NCBI GenBank assembly: GCA_048013815.1
Contig: CM106585.1
Span: 22,320,001-22,384,000, forward strand
DNA: 64,000 bases
Direction: 5' to 3'
Source of the DNA: Setoptus koraiensis
Lineage: Eukaryota; Animalia; Arthropoda
Shown here: piece after piece, positions 25,101 through 40,100 of the stretch
How the letters are laid out: each line of letters opens with the position of its first letter
Numbering within the stretch: position 1 is the first letter of the stretch
Notes under the pieces: model-generated
Database searches by the model: none
What the model was told of the DNA's origin: nothing
Seen by the model: the letters and a program-made list of their open reading frames with translations, nothing else
Made by a program: the position numbers and the translations under genes

Positions 25101-28100
25101 GGCATAACGAGTGCGGGCCCCAATTGCGACGCTTGTGCCCTCGACGGCTCGTGCAACTCGAGAGCTTGCACACGTTACAACAATGCCCGCGACAACGACA
25201 CAATACAACAGGTACGGCACAGGTGCGTGACAGCTCGAGCCGTCTCATTATAACTGTTTGTTGCGACTGTTTGTGTGTGACAGTTTGCGTTGGGCATATT
25301 GTGCGCAGCGCGACAATTTAAACTAACTGCAACCGTGTTGTCGTGTTGTTGCTGTTGTTGTTGCTGTTGTAGTTGCTGTAGTTGCTGTTGTTGTCGCTGT
25401 TGTTGTGCTGTCGTGTTGTTGTTGTCGCTGTTGCTGTAGTTGCTGCTGTTGTCGTGTTGTTGTCGCCGCTGTAATTGTGACACCGACACAATGCGACTTT
25501 GGCGACTCTCCAAAGTCCGTCTGTCACTCACAGCGCCGTCAGCGGGTCTTTTTGACGCTTGCCGTTGCGCCGTTACACTGGCGACCGGTTGTCGGGGCCG
25601 CTGTTACTCCCACGCACAATGGCCGCTGTTGGCCAATGATGCAACTCGCTGGCATGTGTCGCAAAATCTTTTGTGCGCGTTTGTGCTCGTTTGTGCTCGT
25701 TTGCGCGCGTTTGTGCTCGTTTGCGCGCTCTGCCGAGACCGTCCTGCACACGGTGCGCATTGCGGTACGTGTTTGCGCGTGCTGGCGCACACTGTTGGCT
25801 GGCCACTAGCTACGTCGAGTCGGCAGCGAGACAGCTAATGTGCGACAAGTGCGACAATATGACAATTGCAACGCCACCGGCACAGCTGTTGTCGGCGGCA
25901 ATGTTTGCAATGGTCGCAATTGGCGCCAAGGCTGCCAAATGCTGCCAAACATCCCGCCAGCCAGTTGTCTAGCCAGCCAGTTGTCTAGCCAGCGACAACG
26001 CGTTCGGCCACACAGATACAGTGCCGAGAATAGCGAGAACGTGCCAAGTTGGCTCGCCAAAACTGTAAAATTGTGTCAACACGAAGCTGTCGATGCGCGA
26101 ACACAACACTTATGTGTCGCTGTGTCTGGGCGAGCGGCGTTCGGGGGCCCGGCGCCGATGCGAGCCGGCACAGTGTGCATATAGCGACAGTCGCTATATG
26201 CACACCGACGCTAATGATCGTCTCGTGTTTGCGCCTATGTCATGTTCATTCGTGAATATTTGCCATGCTCGCCAATCACATCGCTTTGTTGCGCCCACAA
26301 CCAAATAGTTAGCCCGCATGATTGATTGATCTCCGGCCCGATGCGCCGCTCGGTGGACGCGGCGCTCCGCTCAGAAGACGCGCCCTGTGAGAGCAGTAGT
26401 AACCGCTCGGCCGATCGGTGCATAATTGTGACTGCTCCAAACTGCAACTGGCTGCACCAATAAAAATGGCTCTTGTTTCCCATTCGTCGGGCCGTCAAAC
26501 TATCTGCTGGCGCCGCCGCTGCTGCCGCTGCAAATGAAATATTAATGCAGCCAGCAGAAGAAATTCCTTTTTTGCTTCGGAGAAATTCATGCCACAATTG
26601 GCCGCTAGTGGGCCCAGCGGGCCCCTCGACTCGGCGACTCGCTGAACAGAATTAGAATTTTAAATTTGAATGCGCGCGAGCTCAAAAGTGAGAGCTCCCG
26701 AATTGCCGCCCGCACAGAAACGGCGGGCCCCCAAAAATGGGCGAGCAGCCCGCTGGCGTGGCTGGCTGGCTATGCAAAAAGCTGGCCCCTTATCCGGCTC
26801 TCGCGCTCGCTGTGCAGCCGGTGTGCCGATTGCGCCAGCCAACGAGAATCGTGCGCCAATTTGTTGATTGATCGTCGGGGCGCCCAAAAGCGACTGACTG
26901 ACTGAGCTCATTGAGCAGTTTTGGCCCAAATGATTTTTGGCCCCAATGGCTGGCGAATGCTCGCAAATGCCGGCAAATGGCGGCTCGTAAATGGGCCGCG
27001 AGCGCGTTCACTTCACTTGTTATTATGGCCCGCGCTTATTAATGGCTCGTCATCGTCGTGTTGTCGCGGGCGCCGTCGGGCCGTCTTTGTCGCGCGGGCC
27101 GTCGGTCGCTGTCGTGCCGTGCCGTGCGGTGCGGCTCGCCGGCAGCCTAATTAATCAGGCCCAAGACTCGGCTGGCGCGCCAGTCAGCGAGCCCGTAACG
27201 AGTCAGCGGGTTTGTAACGAGGTAGCGCCCGGCGCGACGCGCGGGTATTGTCAAATATTGCCCAGTGAGGCATGATGAAGACGCGATTTTTGGGCTCGCG
27301 AGCTTGCGAGCGCGTCGACAAAAACTGAGCGGCGCGACTCGAGCAGCAGCTACCACACCGAACAAGTCGCTGAGCCGTTATCTCCGGCCCTCTCTTGAGG
27401 CCTACTGGCTCAAGTCTCGGGGCCCCACTGGCAGTCTAGGGGCCCCAGTGGCGGCTCGCAGGCGCGGCAGTGGGCTTAGTTTGGGTTCGGAGGGCCTCAT
27501 TAAAGTTACGAGGCGGCCAATGGCGAGCGGGCGCCACTTTTGAGCTGGCCAAAACAACTGGGGCCGCTCGTCAATTTGCTTAATTGGCCAGCTCGTCGGC
27601 CGGCCAGTCCAGCGGCCAGACGGCGCATTTATCCAGTTGTCGGGGTCCGGCGGAGACAGAGCTTGCCAGCGGCTCGAGTGGCCGGCGCTGGAAGTGGCGC
27701 CGCGGGAGCCGAGATAAGGCCGTGCGCGAGTTTAAAAGTTGCGCCTCAAACTTGCGCCGTCCGAACATTTGGGGCCGCTCGAAGATTTGCTACGGCTGCC
27801 GGGGCCCCGACAACTAGATAAATGCGCCGGCTTAAGTGAGCCCGTTCGCTCAATTTGCGCCAAAACGTCTTGTGCTTGAGTTGCCAACTGCACAGCAGTT
27901 ATGACTGTGTACCAGTGACCAAGATATTAAATATAGTGCCCGCTTCTCTGGCCGTTATCCGCACGAAATGGCGCGCAATTGCACACGATAACAAGAAGTC
28001 ATTTATTGATCGTGCGCGCTCCCCCGTTCCGACGTTTTATTTTACATTTATCTCTGTCCTTGTTAATACTCGTGCCCATATAAACAGTGGTAACAGTGGG

Positions 28101-31100
28101 GCCGGCGACTGGTTGCTCGCCGACGTGAAACATGAATCATATTTGTGCGAGCGTCTCCGCGTGCCCATTTGCCCGTTTCGGCCGGCCACCGGTCGGGCCG
28201 ACTCGCCGCGCTCGGGCCAGTTCGGCGCGGCCATGGTTTCAGCAAATTTCGGTGGGGCCGCTCGGGCCAGTATTGACAGTGGGCAGTATTTCAGCGGCGA
28301 GCATCGTTGCGACCATTACGCCGCGCTCCACTAATCTCCATCTCGGGCCGTCCCGATGTGTTTTGGCGGCCCGTCTCTGACGCGGCCCGTCTTGTCCACT
28401 TTACAAGCTGCTCGGGCCGGTTGAGCCGGCTCGCTCGTAGCCACAGCGCACCCGCCGAGCACTGCCAGTCCCTGGCGGACGCGCCCCCTGGAGTCCAGTT
28501 CGGCCAACCGGAAGCTGCTGCCCATTGCGTCATGGCGTTGGCTCGCTCTCGGTTGTGCTGGCATCTCGCACTGTGCATCGCTAAATGTGTAATGTGCTTC
28601 GAGTTAGGGGCCAGCAGCGAAAGCTCTAACCAAATCAAACAATCGCCCTCGTTGACGCCGGCCACGGCAACACTCAATCCAATAATGGAAACGGTCGAAA
28701 TAATAGAGCGAAACAGTGGGGCCCACGGATAAAAGGCACACAGCGAACAGCGAGACGAGGCACAGAAAGAGAATGGAGACAGCAGAACGAAGTGGGGCCG
28801 GCTCACATCCCTGTGTGTCCAACAAAAGCAACGGCACCCAGAGGCACGCCAGCAACATTCAAATGATTCATCTGATTTGTGACACCGTGCATAATGAGGC
28901 CCAAATGCCCGCACATACTGTGCCGTGTGCGATACTTGCGTCGCGCGCCCCCTACAGCCGCATCCAACACAATGCAATCTGCACAATCTGTCGGGGCGCC
29001 CAATCTCGCTGGCGCCAGCCATTCTCGAGCCAAATTCTAGACCGTCTGTCATTTCTCGCACTGTTTGAGAATCGCAATTTGAGATTCGCGAACAGTGGTC
29101 AGTGTGTGTAAAATATTATATTTATATTATTGTATTATGTAATTGTGTATAATGGCCACTTTGGCCGGATGCCCGCGGACAGCGAGCGCCATCTGGCGCC
29201 ACTGCCACTGGTGGCGCTCACAATGCTCGCAATGCTCGCAATGCTCACAATGTCGGTGGCACCGAGTGGGGGCGTCTTGCCCGCCGCCAGCCGAGCCATT
29301 AGGTGAGCAAAGTGAGCGGCGATAAATAACAAGCGTGCAACTCAATTTGCGCGATGTGCCACAATCGCTTGCGCAATCGAGTTGGCGCGGGTTGTCTTGC
29401 TCGGCGAATTCTGGCGACGGAATCGCTTCGACTCGAGTGGAGAATTCTCCACTTTTGAGCAGCGTTCTTTTGAGAACTCGAACTCGCAACAGCGAGCGGT
29501 TGCGCAACCGATGTTGCCAAATGATAGTTTGGCTCGATGATGCAACTGCATTAGAATCGTTTGCATCGGAATAATAATAATCTGCGCCGCAGTGCCATTA
29601 TTGCATGTTGCCGTCGCATTGTTGTGTTTCAAACGATTCGCCATCGAACAGTGCGCCGCCGAACAGTTCGCCGCCGAACAGTGCGAGCCCGGTTCGCTGC
29701 GAACGCGTCCGCCGCCGTTCGCCGGCGATAGCGCTCCAACTCGAAGGCCGTCGAAGGCCCGATTTGAAGCTCGAATTGAGCGTGTGCGCCGGGCAAAAAA
29801 CGCAGCGCCGGTTGCACAAGCGCGGAGAGACAATCATCGACGAGATCCATTTCAGCGGTCGGGCCGGCCAGCGGCACCAGCGCGGCCGAGGCTCGTGCTG
29901 CGTGCGTGCTCGCGTGTGGTCTCACCGTTGCGCGGCCGCTCTCCGCATGCGAGCGTCCGAGAGCCGAACCCTCGAACGTCGATCGTTCGAACGTCTATCG
30001 TTCGAACGTCGAACGTCGAACCTCCGAGCGCCGAACGTCGAACATGCGAACGTTCGAGCGCTTCGACTCGCAACGTTCCGTCGACGTTTCTATTATCGAG
30101 CACCTGCTTCGGCGGCCGCCGCTCGCGCGGCGTTCAGCGGCCAGCAATCGATCAGTCGATAACCTGGCGGCACCAGCCGCCCACCGGCCGACTCCGGGCG
30201 CCTGTTGTTCGTGCGGCCGGCCGGGCCGACTCGGCCAAACTCGGCCAAACTCGCCACTCCACGGTCCAATTTGCACAAAGTTGCACAATCGACGCCGTAG
30301 CGCTCGAACGTGCCCGCCAACGGGCGACCAACGAGCGGTCAATCGCAAATGTGCCCGCCGCCCGGTGTCGGCCCCGCGACCGGCCCAGCAATCGACGCGG
30401 CTAATTGAGCCATTCTCGCCGTGTGTCCGTCCGGACACGCCCCGACAGAGCGGTTAGTAGCGCGGTTTGGTGGGCGCCGCGGTGTGCCACTGTGAGTGCC
30501 TTCGCGAGCGCCTTTGCGAGCGCCTTTGTGAGTGCCCGTGCGAGTGGGGCCCGGTCACAGCTGATGGCTCTGCACTGGCTCAGTCACAATGGATCGTGGG
30601 GCTAGGTGCCGTCTAGCGGACAGTTTTCGCCAGTCAGTGTCGCAAATGGCGCAGTCGAACGGCGAACGAATGGAGGGGGGCGGCGGCGGCAATAATTATA
30701 ACGGTCGCATTATAAGTCGAGCGGCGGGCAACAAAATTGAACAAAATGTCGCAAATGGCTCGTCAGCTGTGTGCTCGTGGCGCGAATTTGTCGTCGTTGG
30801 GCCGCGAACGGCCACTCGTTTTCGAACGCAATCGCAATCGAATTTGCGATTGCGACGCGCCGTTCGATTCGATTTCGGGGCCCGGCGCCGATCGAATCGA
30901 TCGGCGCAACTGTTCCGTTGGAGCGATGTGAGCCATTGAAGCGGCTGTTCGGAGGGGGCGCAATCTGTACTGGCCGCATTGTTGTATGTCTTCCGACAGA
31001 CGGCCCCCGCTGTCTGTGTGTGTGGGCAGGCCCTCTTAAATAGCCGTTTCGCGGCACAGGTGAGCGCTGGCCGGCGCGCTTCGAAATAGCCGTCGGAGGT

Positions 31101-34100
31101 TGTTTTGTCGCAACGGGCCGTTGAGGCAATAATAAAAATAAACTGGCACTAACACCGTCGTTGTTGTCGCCGTTGTTGTGCAGAGAAGCCATTACTGTCT
31201 ATATCGACAATTGTTATGGCATCTATTGTTTGCTGTCCACTGTGTTGCGTCACCGTGCCTCTTTGTTGTGGCTGTTGTTGTTGTTGTTGTTGTCGCCGTT
31301 GTTGTTGTTGCTGCTGTTGCCTCTGTTGTTGCTGTTGTTGTTGCCGTTGTTGCTGTTGGCGCTGTTGTTGGCGTTGCTGATTGCTAGACTAGAGAGGCGG
31401 TATAAATGCATTACATGTATATCTATATAAATGGGCGCCAATTAACAATTATATTGATAATTATTTGTTCATTGCCCAGCTCGCCTGTTATTGCTCATGT
31501 TACGTCGGCTATTTGCTGTGCCGTGATTATTGCCGCTGCAACACCTTTGTGTTTCTTGACTGCCCAACAATCCCATGGGCATCGCCTAGGCCCATATAGG
31601 CACAGGTGAGCTCGGCACACAACGGCCGCTGTGCTGCTGTTCCTGTTTGCGCCCATCACAAGGGCGCAAATGGGAACAGCACGCGCTCACAACAGTGTTG
31701 TTGTCAGTGCTCACGACAGCGCCAAACGCGCCAACATAACGCGCATTACGTAACGCCGGCGCGCATATCCGCTGCTGCTACCGTCCGTCGTTGCTCGCTA
31801 CCATTGCCCCAGACATAGCGCCACTTTGTTGATATCGCCCAGCATTGGGTATCACTGGTGACGGTGCCAACACAATATCTGCCCCCATACCCGTGCCCAT
31901 AACTCACCCGGCGGCTACTTAACTGTCGCCCTGTGCACAGTTGCTACTCGCGCGCACTGGTCAGTGTGTGCGAGTGAAGTGTCAGGCACAGAAACGCCAG
32001 GCTTAATGGCCCATAACGGATGACCCCGGCTTACCTGTTGTGCAACGCACACCGTCCCCGTCCCCCAGCCCCATGGGTGTGCTCGTTCGCCTACTGTGCC
32101 TAATCTATTTGCGGCACACAAACATTCATTTGTGTGCGCCTCCCACCGCCATATCTCACCCCATACACATGATGTATATTAGTTGTGCGTCCACAATCAC
32201 TGAGCAGCGTGTTTGTGATAATCTCATCCGAGCCCGGCCGGGTTTTGGCCCAGTTTGGGGGCCCCAACCCATCAAACGAGCCGAGCACCACCCACTACTA
32301 CTAATTTGATACGCAGGTCGCTCGCGTTGTGTGTGCGTGTGCTTGATGTGCCCCATTTGCCAAGTGCGCGCCACCATCAATTTCTGTGCCGCTCGCCTGT
32401 GCCCGGCGCGACAAAACGCGAGCGGGGCCCCACATTTTGCCTGCCAAACTGCAGCCGAACTGCAGCCGAACTGCAGCCAAACTGCAGGCGACAAGCCGCT
32501 GCGTTGATGCTGCCGGCGCCCGACGTACCGGGCCGACAACAGCGACGGCGGCAACAGCAGCCGCGACGACGACAAATTAGCCATTGATGACAACAATAGG
32601 TAATGATGCTTGTCTTTTGTTGGCAAGCATCAGTGTCGTCATAGTTTCGATTCTTTTGTGGCCGCCTGTGTGTCGGCCCCAACGAACGCAACCGGCGACG
32701 CTGGCGAGCAAATTCATGACGCAACAGCAACAACAACAGCAGCAACAACAGCAACAACGACAGCAACAACGACAGCAACAACAACAGCAACAACAACGAC
32801 AACAACAACAACAGCAGCGGCAGCTTGCGTCCAACGAACTGCTCAAGACAAATTGGTGCTGTCACAGAGGCCGCCCCCATTGGGCGAAGCTCGAGAGAGG
32901 GGAGTGCATTGCATAATGTCGATAGCATGTTCTTGGCGTCTCTATTCCTTTGTGGGCAAAGTGATACTGTGCTGTTTGCTATGCGCACTAGTGCCACACG
33001 ACAGGCGCTCTGGCGGTGAACAAATGAACTATAGTGACATAATGACATCGCACACATGATACAATGACAGCGCCACAATAATACTACACGTGCACATGTT
33101 ACACACACACACACACACACGTACACGGCACGTATCTCGCGTCACGAGATTCTCGTGTGTACGGCCGCTGTGTGTGTGCCTCAACTCAACCGGAAGTTGA
33201 GCTGCATGCTGCGGCCGTGCGCGTCGCTAGTGGTAGCAGTGACAACGCACAAAATGTACGCCACTAACTGGGCACATAGGTAGCGACCAGTCACTACCTA
33301 TGGACACTAGTTACAATGGTCAGTCTAGACAGACGGGCAAATGGCCACACACGAGCGGGCCGGATAATTGGCGCTTCGCCGTACTATCGCTTTATTGTTG
33401 TTGTCGTTATCGTTGTTGTTGTCGTTGTCGTTGTTGTCGTTCTGGCTAGACAGAGGCGTAGCTGCGACATCGGGCACAGTTAGGGTACAGCAACGGAGCG
33501 GCAGTCAATGATATAATCGCATCATCGCATTAACAAATGCAAACAGTTCAAACACAACTGGGCAAATGGGCCAACGGGCCCAAGCGAAACAGTTGATATA
33601 ACAACTGGACGACGATGCATGCGCAACGATGATGTAATACGAATTGCGACCACTAATATGCCTGCACTACCCACTACTGCTATTATCCGTCTGCCACTAG
33701 CACCAGCGATGCTGCAACTGATGATGCAACTGGCCAAAGCGGCGCCTAAGCAAACAATAAATCTGTGCGCTGCTATTGGCGGCATTGTGTACATTACATA
33801 ACATGGCGTCGTTGTTGTTGTTGCTGTTGTATTGTAATAGGTGTTTGTGAGCAAACAACAATTAAATTGAATCTGGCGCCATTGTTGTATCGCGAAATTG
33901 GTTGCGTTGTTGTTGGTTGTTGTTGTTGGTCGTTGTTGTTGTTGGTTGTTGTTGGCCGGTCATCATCTGCTGCGTTGCTGTTGCAACACAATTGACAAGT
34001 GTTACGCAATAGGTTACCAACAGCGAAACCTGTCATCGTTTGTTTGTCGCATTAGTTGCACGACGTTTGTCTGCAAATCAATGCGACCACCGGCCGGCCA

Positions 34101-37100
34101 GTCGCCATTTATCCAATCTGTCCCATCGAAGGCCCATCAATGTGCGATGTGGATAATTGTTATTCCGTTGAGCTGTTCGTTGCATTCTCTCGCTCTGTTC
34201 CATTCAAACGGAACGAGCGGCTCACGCCAATAGCTGTCGCATCGGGCGCCGCTATTCAAATTAGCGCCCTCGGACATATTATATTAAATAGATCCGCGTT
34301 ATGCTGGCACTGGTCGTTGGGCCAGTCCCATTGGTCAGTGGTAACGGTGTGAGGCCAGTGTGTCGATAACGGTCGCCCGACACAATCGCGTCGATCGGCC
34401 ATTGTTTGACAGTGGACAAGCGCCAATAACTGGCCAGTAACCGGCCAGCAACCGGCCAGCAACTGGACAACAACTGGACAATAACTGGACAATAACTGAA
34501 CAGAGCCAGTAACTGGACAAGAGGCGACTGAACCAGAGACTCTGGCGGCCAGTGAGAGTTTAATTTTGCGCTTGAACGCGCCCTCATTGGCTGGCATTAC
34601 GCATCAGGCATTATGCAATATTGCGGCGCCACGCTCGCTGGTCAGCAGCGTTCGGGTTGGTGGTCAGCGCATTGTTGTCCAAGAGACTATGCGAGCGCGC
34701 TCTAAAGTGAGATATATATGATATGGCCACAGCGACCATTCAAAGGCCGATTGCGTGGGCGTTGCAACGTGTCGCTGGCTCGATTGGTGTCATCCGATTG
34801 ATTCGAATTGCTCTATCACAACAACAACAACAACAACCGCACGACAACAACAGCGACAGCAACAGCACGACAACAACAACAACAACGACAACAACAACAG
34901 CGACAACAACAACAGCGAAATGGGCGAAACACGCGAATTAGCGCCCCTGACGGCAGTACAAATACATGAACAACAAATACATGAGGTTATATCGATACTG
35001 TGGCGACCGGATCGAGGCCGGGGTGCCACGGGCGCAATCAATTTGGCATCATCGTCGATTGTTTGCCGTTCTGGGCGCTGTTTGTTCGGGGCCGTCGGTT
35101 TGTTCGGAGCCGTCGGTTGTTGGGGCCGTCGATTCGTTCGAGCTGTCGGTTTGGTGCCCCCGTTCGAAAGGTGCCCAACGATGCGTCTATTGGCAAACAA
35201 TGTTTGCGTTGGGCGCTGGCGAGTTGGTGGCGCTACGTATCCAGTTGCGCTGGCAACCGAGCGACGCCAGCAGGACGGGCGCAGCCAGCGAGAGCCAACG
35301 AGCGAGACTTGAGCGGATAAACAAATAGATAAATAGATAAATGATGATCGCGCAGGCCTATATAGGCGGCCGGCACTAATGAATAGACATAGATCGTCTA
35401 TTTGTCACTGTCTAATGACGCAATAATTGTCGCCGTGTTTGTGTGTCGCGGCGCATGATTGATGACCGCGGGCAGCATATGTCGCTGCGTTAATATGTTG
35501 ATACGCTGATATGCTGATATGTTGAAATGTGGCATATATGGCTCATTATGTCCACACTACCTGCGCTGTCCAGCCAAGTCCAGCAATAATTGTGTGTATT
35601 TGTCGGTCTGGCAGCAAAATGGTTGCGAACCGGCCGCGAACTGGCCGCGAACTGGCAACAAACTAGCAACAGGTGACTTGGTTGCGCCGCAGTAAACACC
35701 TCGCAACTCACCTGTGCTCGCCTGTGTGTCAATTGCTTATATCACTGCTCGTTTGGCGGCCAGCCATCAGCGGACAGGTGAGCTCGCGAGTGCGGCTGTG
35801 AATTATCATCGTTTTATGGCCGAATTCTCGCTGACCTCTTTCAGCTTCTTTCTGCTTTGTTCGGCCGGCCTCGGCATGAGCGCCGACACAAGTATCAGCT
35901 CGAGTGACTCTAATTTGGGCAACTTCACACAGGCCAACATGTTAATTTGACGAGCATCAGTCAGTGTCCAATTGGACATATAACCGACAAACAAGCTGCC
36001 GGCTGACGGGCCAGAAATTGCTCGTTTATTGGGCGTAAAAATTGATTACTTGGCCGGTTTATTGCCCGGCGCAAGCGCCGCCCGTTGGCCCGCGTTGTTT
36101 GCATGTATCATGCTAATCATGCCAACTATCAAAGAATTTATTATCGCTCGCTGCCGCTGCCGGCCGGCCATTATTCCGTGTCCGACTCATTATTTGGCGC
36201 CGCTCTCGAGCCGCCCGCTCGCTGAATCGGCTCGCCCGTTGAATCGACGGCCGCTCGCTGAATCGACGGCCGCTCGTTGGATCGACGGCCGAATCGGACA
36301 ATCGAATGGCATTCGTACCAGCGTGTATATACATTGAAATTGAGCACATTCCAGCGTTTATCCGTCACTTTGCCAGTCGTTTTATCGCCGGCCGGCGCTT
36401 GTTGCGTCCGACACAATGAGCCGCCGGATTATCCTGTCGCGGGCGCACCAAGAGTCGCTTTGAAAGGCACCAAGAGTCTCTTTGGTTGGCACTCGCAATA
36501 GGCGCTCGCATGATTTATGGTCTCGGCCGTCATCGCCTATCTGCGCCGCTGCTCGTCTGGCACATTTCTCGCAATTCTGTGCCCGTCGGCTCGCTCGACA
36601 ATCGAGTCTGTGCGCGAGCAACTCGCCTGCCTTGCCAGCCGGCCGGGATCGCCCCTCGATCGCCAGCTGATCAACGACAACCGGTCAGCCGCTCAAAGAC
36701 AGTCAGCTGATCAACGACGGTCAGCTGATCAACGACGGTCAGCCGATCACCGACGGTCAGCCAGACGGTGTACAGGCAGTTGGCACAGACTGTTCGGCTG
36801 TCCGATGTTGTGAGTGCCCAAATGTACAAATTAGAACAACAACGGTCGCCGTTGCATCATGAGCAAATGCGCTGATTCAACGGCAGCAGCAGTAATGGCA
36901 ATGGTTACATAATAATGACGGCGACTCGGTTTGTAAAACATGCGACGCGTTAGCAGCCGACGAAATGAATCTGGCGAGCGAGCCAACGGCCACTGACAAT
37001 GCGAGTTGCTCCGATGAGAGCGAGCATCGCAAAGAGCACATCATTCATCATAATAATCAAGTGATAGTTATCATTCATTATGTAATCGGCGCCATTTGTG

Positions 37101-40100
37101 TTGTTTGTGTCGCTGGCACAACAGCAGCGCCAACAACAGCGGCAACAACAGCAACAACAACAGCAACAACAACAACAACAACAGCAGCACAACAGCAGCA
37201 CAACAGCAGCACAACAGCAGCACAACAACAGCACAACAACAGCAACAACAACAACAAACGATTGGCAACTGGCTAAAGTGACCGGCATGCATGCCCTGCC
37301 AATATGTAATGCCAATGATGGCCAGCAGCCAGCGAATAGTAATGAGACGATCGCAAATGGCGGCCAAGCGATGCCCATTATGGCCAGTGTATTATGTAAT
37401 ATGTATTATGTGCTTATTCTTATTATCATGTATTATGTAATAATAGTCACTGTGATGATCACGGTGATGCGCTATTTATGCGCCTCATCAGCTGGCTCGA
37501 TGATGACGGTGTGTGATTCATCGAGACGATGCTCACAATGCGCTCGGCAAACGCTCGTTGAAAGCTGTCGCTCGTTTAGCTCGAGTTGAAGCCACACAAA
37601 CACATAATAAATGATGATAGAGCGAGTGATAGAGATATTAACTAGGCGCTTCATTAGCCGTAATTAGACAATCACACACTCTATTGTGAATTGTGAATTG
37701 CACGCCAACTGGCTTCACAAATTGTGATTCACAATGGCCTTAAATGGCCTCGTTTGGCCAGAGCCGCCAAGGGCCGAGGCACGCAGCTCACAGTCACTTG
37801 TCAGTTGGCTAGACAGTTGGGCAAGTGGAGCCATCTTTGCTGCGTAGTGCGCTCATACCAGTGGCCATGTTTGTTGCGTAACACCAAACGCTGCACAGGG
37901 CACCACAATAACGCACCACAATAACGCACCACATGATTGCACATTCGGCGCTGCATTCGGCGCTGCATTTGCATACAAGTCAAACAGCAACAACAAGCTG
38001 ACCAAGACGCATTTTGCGAGCGCGTCGCCCACGCAACTCGGCCACTCGGCCACTGCCACTAAACAGCTGTTGTCACCTGGCAGATGTCAGCTGCCGGCTG
38101 TCAGCTGTTGTGCGTGTTTGCACTGCAAACTTTGCAGGCGACTTGACCGTCAACTTTGTGTGTGTCGCGACTCTTGTGTGACTAATGAACGAGCTAAATC
38201 GGCAGCGCACACTCAATTGACAATCGCCAGCCGATTGTCAGCCGATTGTCAGCCGATCGTCGGCGAGTCGGCCGATTGTCAGCGAGTCAGCTGTGTGTCA
38301 TTGAGTTAGCCGAGTGTCATTGAATCAGCTGAGTGTCGGTGTCACCACAAGGTCGTTACGACCGTTTCCCGTTGCCAACCACCAGGCGGCCAGCTGACCA
38401 GTGAGCGCAGGTTGGTCAGTGCGACTGGTCGAGTCAGTGCGACTCGATGACAGCGCCACAAGCGCCAGCGATGATAATGTGTGCAAATTAGCATACGTTC
38501 AACACTGTTCAACGCTGTTGAGTCACTCGACACTGTTCAACGCTGTTGAGTTGCTCGACACTGTTGTTGTGTCATGTTGGGGCCCGATGGGCACACAATG
38601 GCCAGTGGGCTCATTAGCGCAGTCGCATTGTTTAACTGTCAACTTGCTCGCTGTGTCAGCGTGATCTCAGTTGACACAAGCAGCCTGTCAGCAGCGACTT
38701 GAAGTGACGACTCTTGCACAGCGAGTCAACTTTGCTGCGGCCAGATTGCTTTGCGGCCCTCACTTTCAATGGTGGCAACGAGCTGGCACTTTCAGCGATC
38801 TTTCAGCGCAACGAGATGGAATGTCGGCCAACGCTGTTGCCGGCATTGGCCCGGCGAGGGCGCGGACGGCGCCAATTGGGGCGCCACAAGCAAGTGACAG
38901 TGGCGTTTAGTTGAGTCACAATGGCGTTTAGTTGAGTTATAATGGCGTTTGGCCGAGTTGGCATGCGCACGACAGAACAATTAATTGTCTATTGTCATCA
39001 TAATTGTCAACTGTGTTCTCTCGAGCAGTTTGCTGTGCGATTTGTGTCGCTCGATTTCAGTGCTCGCTGCTACGGCTGCAACAATGCAAACAATGGTGCA
39101 ATCACTGCACTGCAATGATTGTATTGATTGGTCGGCTCCGCTGGACTCCAGCGGCTTGAGGGAGTGAGTGGGGCGCTGCAAACTGGCCAAGTAACTGGAC
39201 TGCGAGGCACGACACTGACAACCAACTGACACACCAAATGACAGACCAACTGACAGACCGACGGACACACCGACCGACACACCGACCGACACACCAACTG
39301 ACAGACGAGTGACGAGCGAGCGCTCGCTAACGAGCCTCGACAGAGCGCCATTTGCGTCCAGTGGCAGTCGTCGGTCAATGGTCGTTAACGTTGTTGTTGA
39401 TGTCGTTGTTGTCGTCGTTGTTGTCGGCCGACAATGTTGGCCGAAGATGTTGGCCGAAGATGTTGGCCGGCGCTGGCCAGCGCGCCGTTGGTGCCGGCCA
39501 GCGGTTGTGGCGACAGCGACGGTAGTCGCCAACACGAGATACGAGACAAGCGAATGAGAACTCAATAGCGAGTAAATGGAGTGCCCAGAGACAAAGTCAA
39601 CGCACCACCGAGGGGCGACGCAGGCCAGCGCGCAGCCAAAAGAGGCGAGAGAAGCGAAGAAGCCAGAGAAGCCAGAAGAAGAACAAACAAACACGCGTTG
39701 GGAGATGGAATTCTTTTGTCTTTGTGTCGCATTATCGCTGGCTGTCGCACTGCCTCTCACGGCCAGCAATTCAAACAAACGCGGCCTGATTGATGGAGCT
39801 GTGTCCGTGGCCATTGTTGATATTGACCGTTGTGTGTGTGTGTGTGTATGTCGTCCACTCGTGACACACAATTCACAATCGCCTCAATGAATGATAACTG
39901 GCCACCAATCCAACGGCTCGCAATTGACAGCGCACGCACAACAGCGCACAATCGTTGTGCCAAAACGGATAAAAATGAGCCAAATTCACACAACAATCGC
40001 CCGACCGCAACACTGTCCGCCGTCCGCTTGGCGCTGCGTCCGTGCGGCGCCACCGGCTCAGCGGGATGCGCCCTGGCGATGCCGTCGGTAGGGAGCGGAC

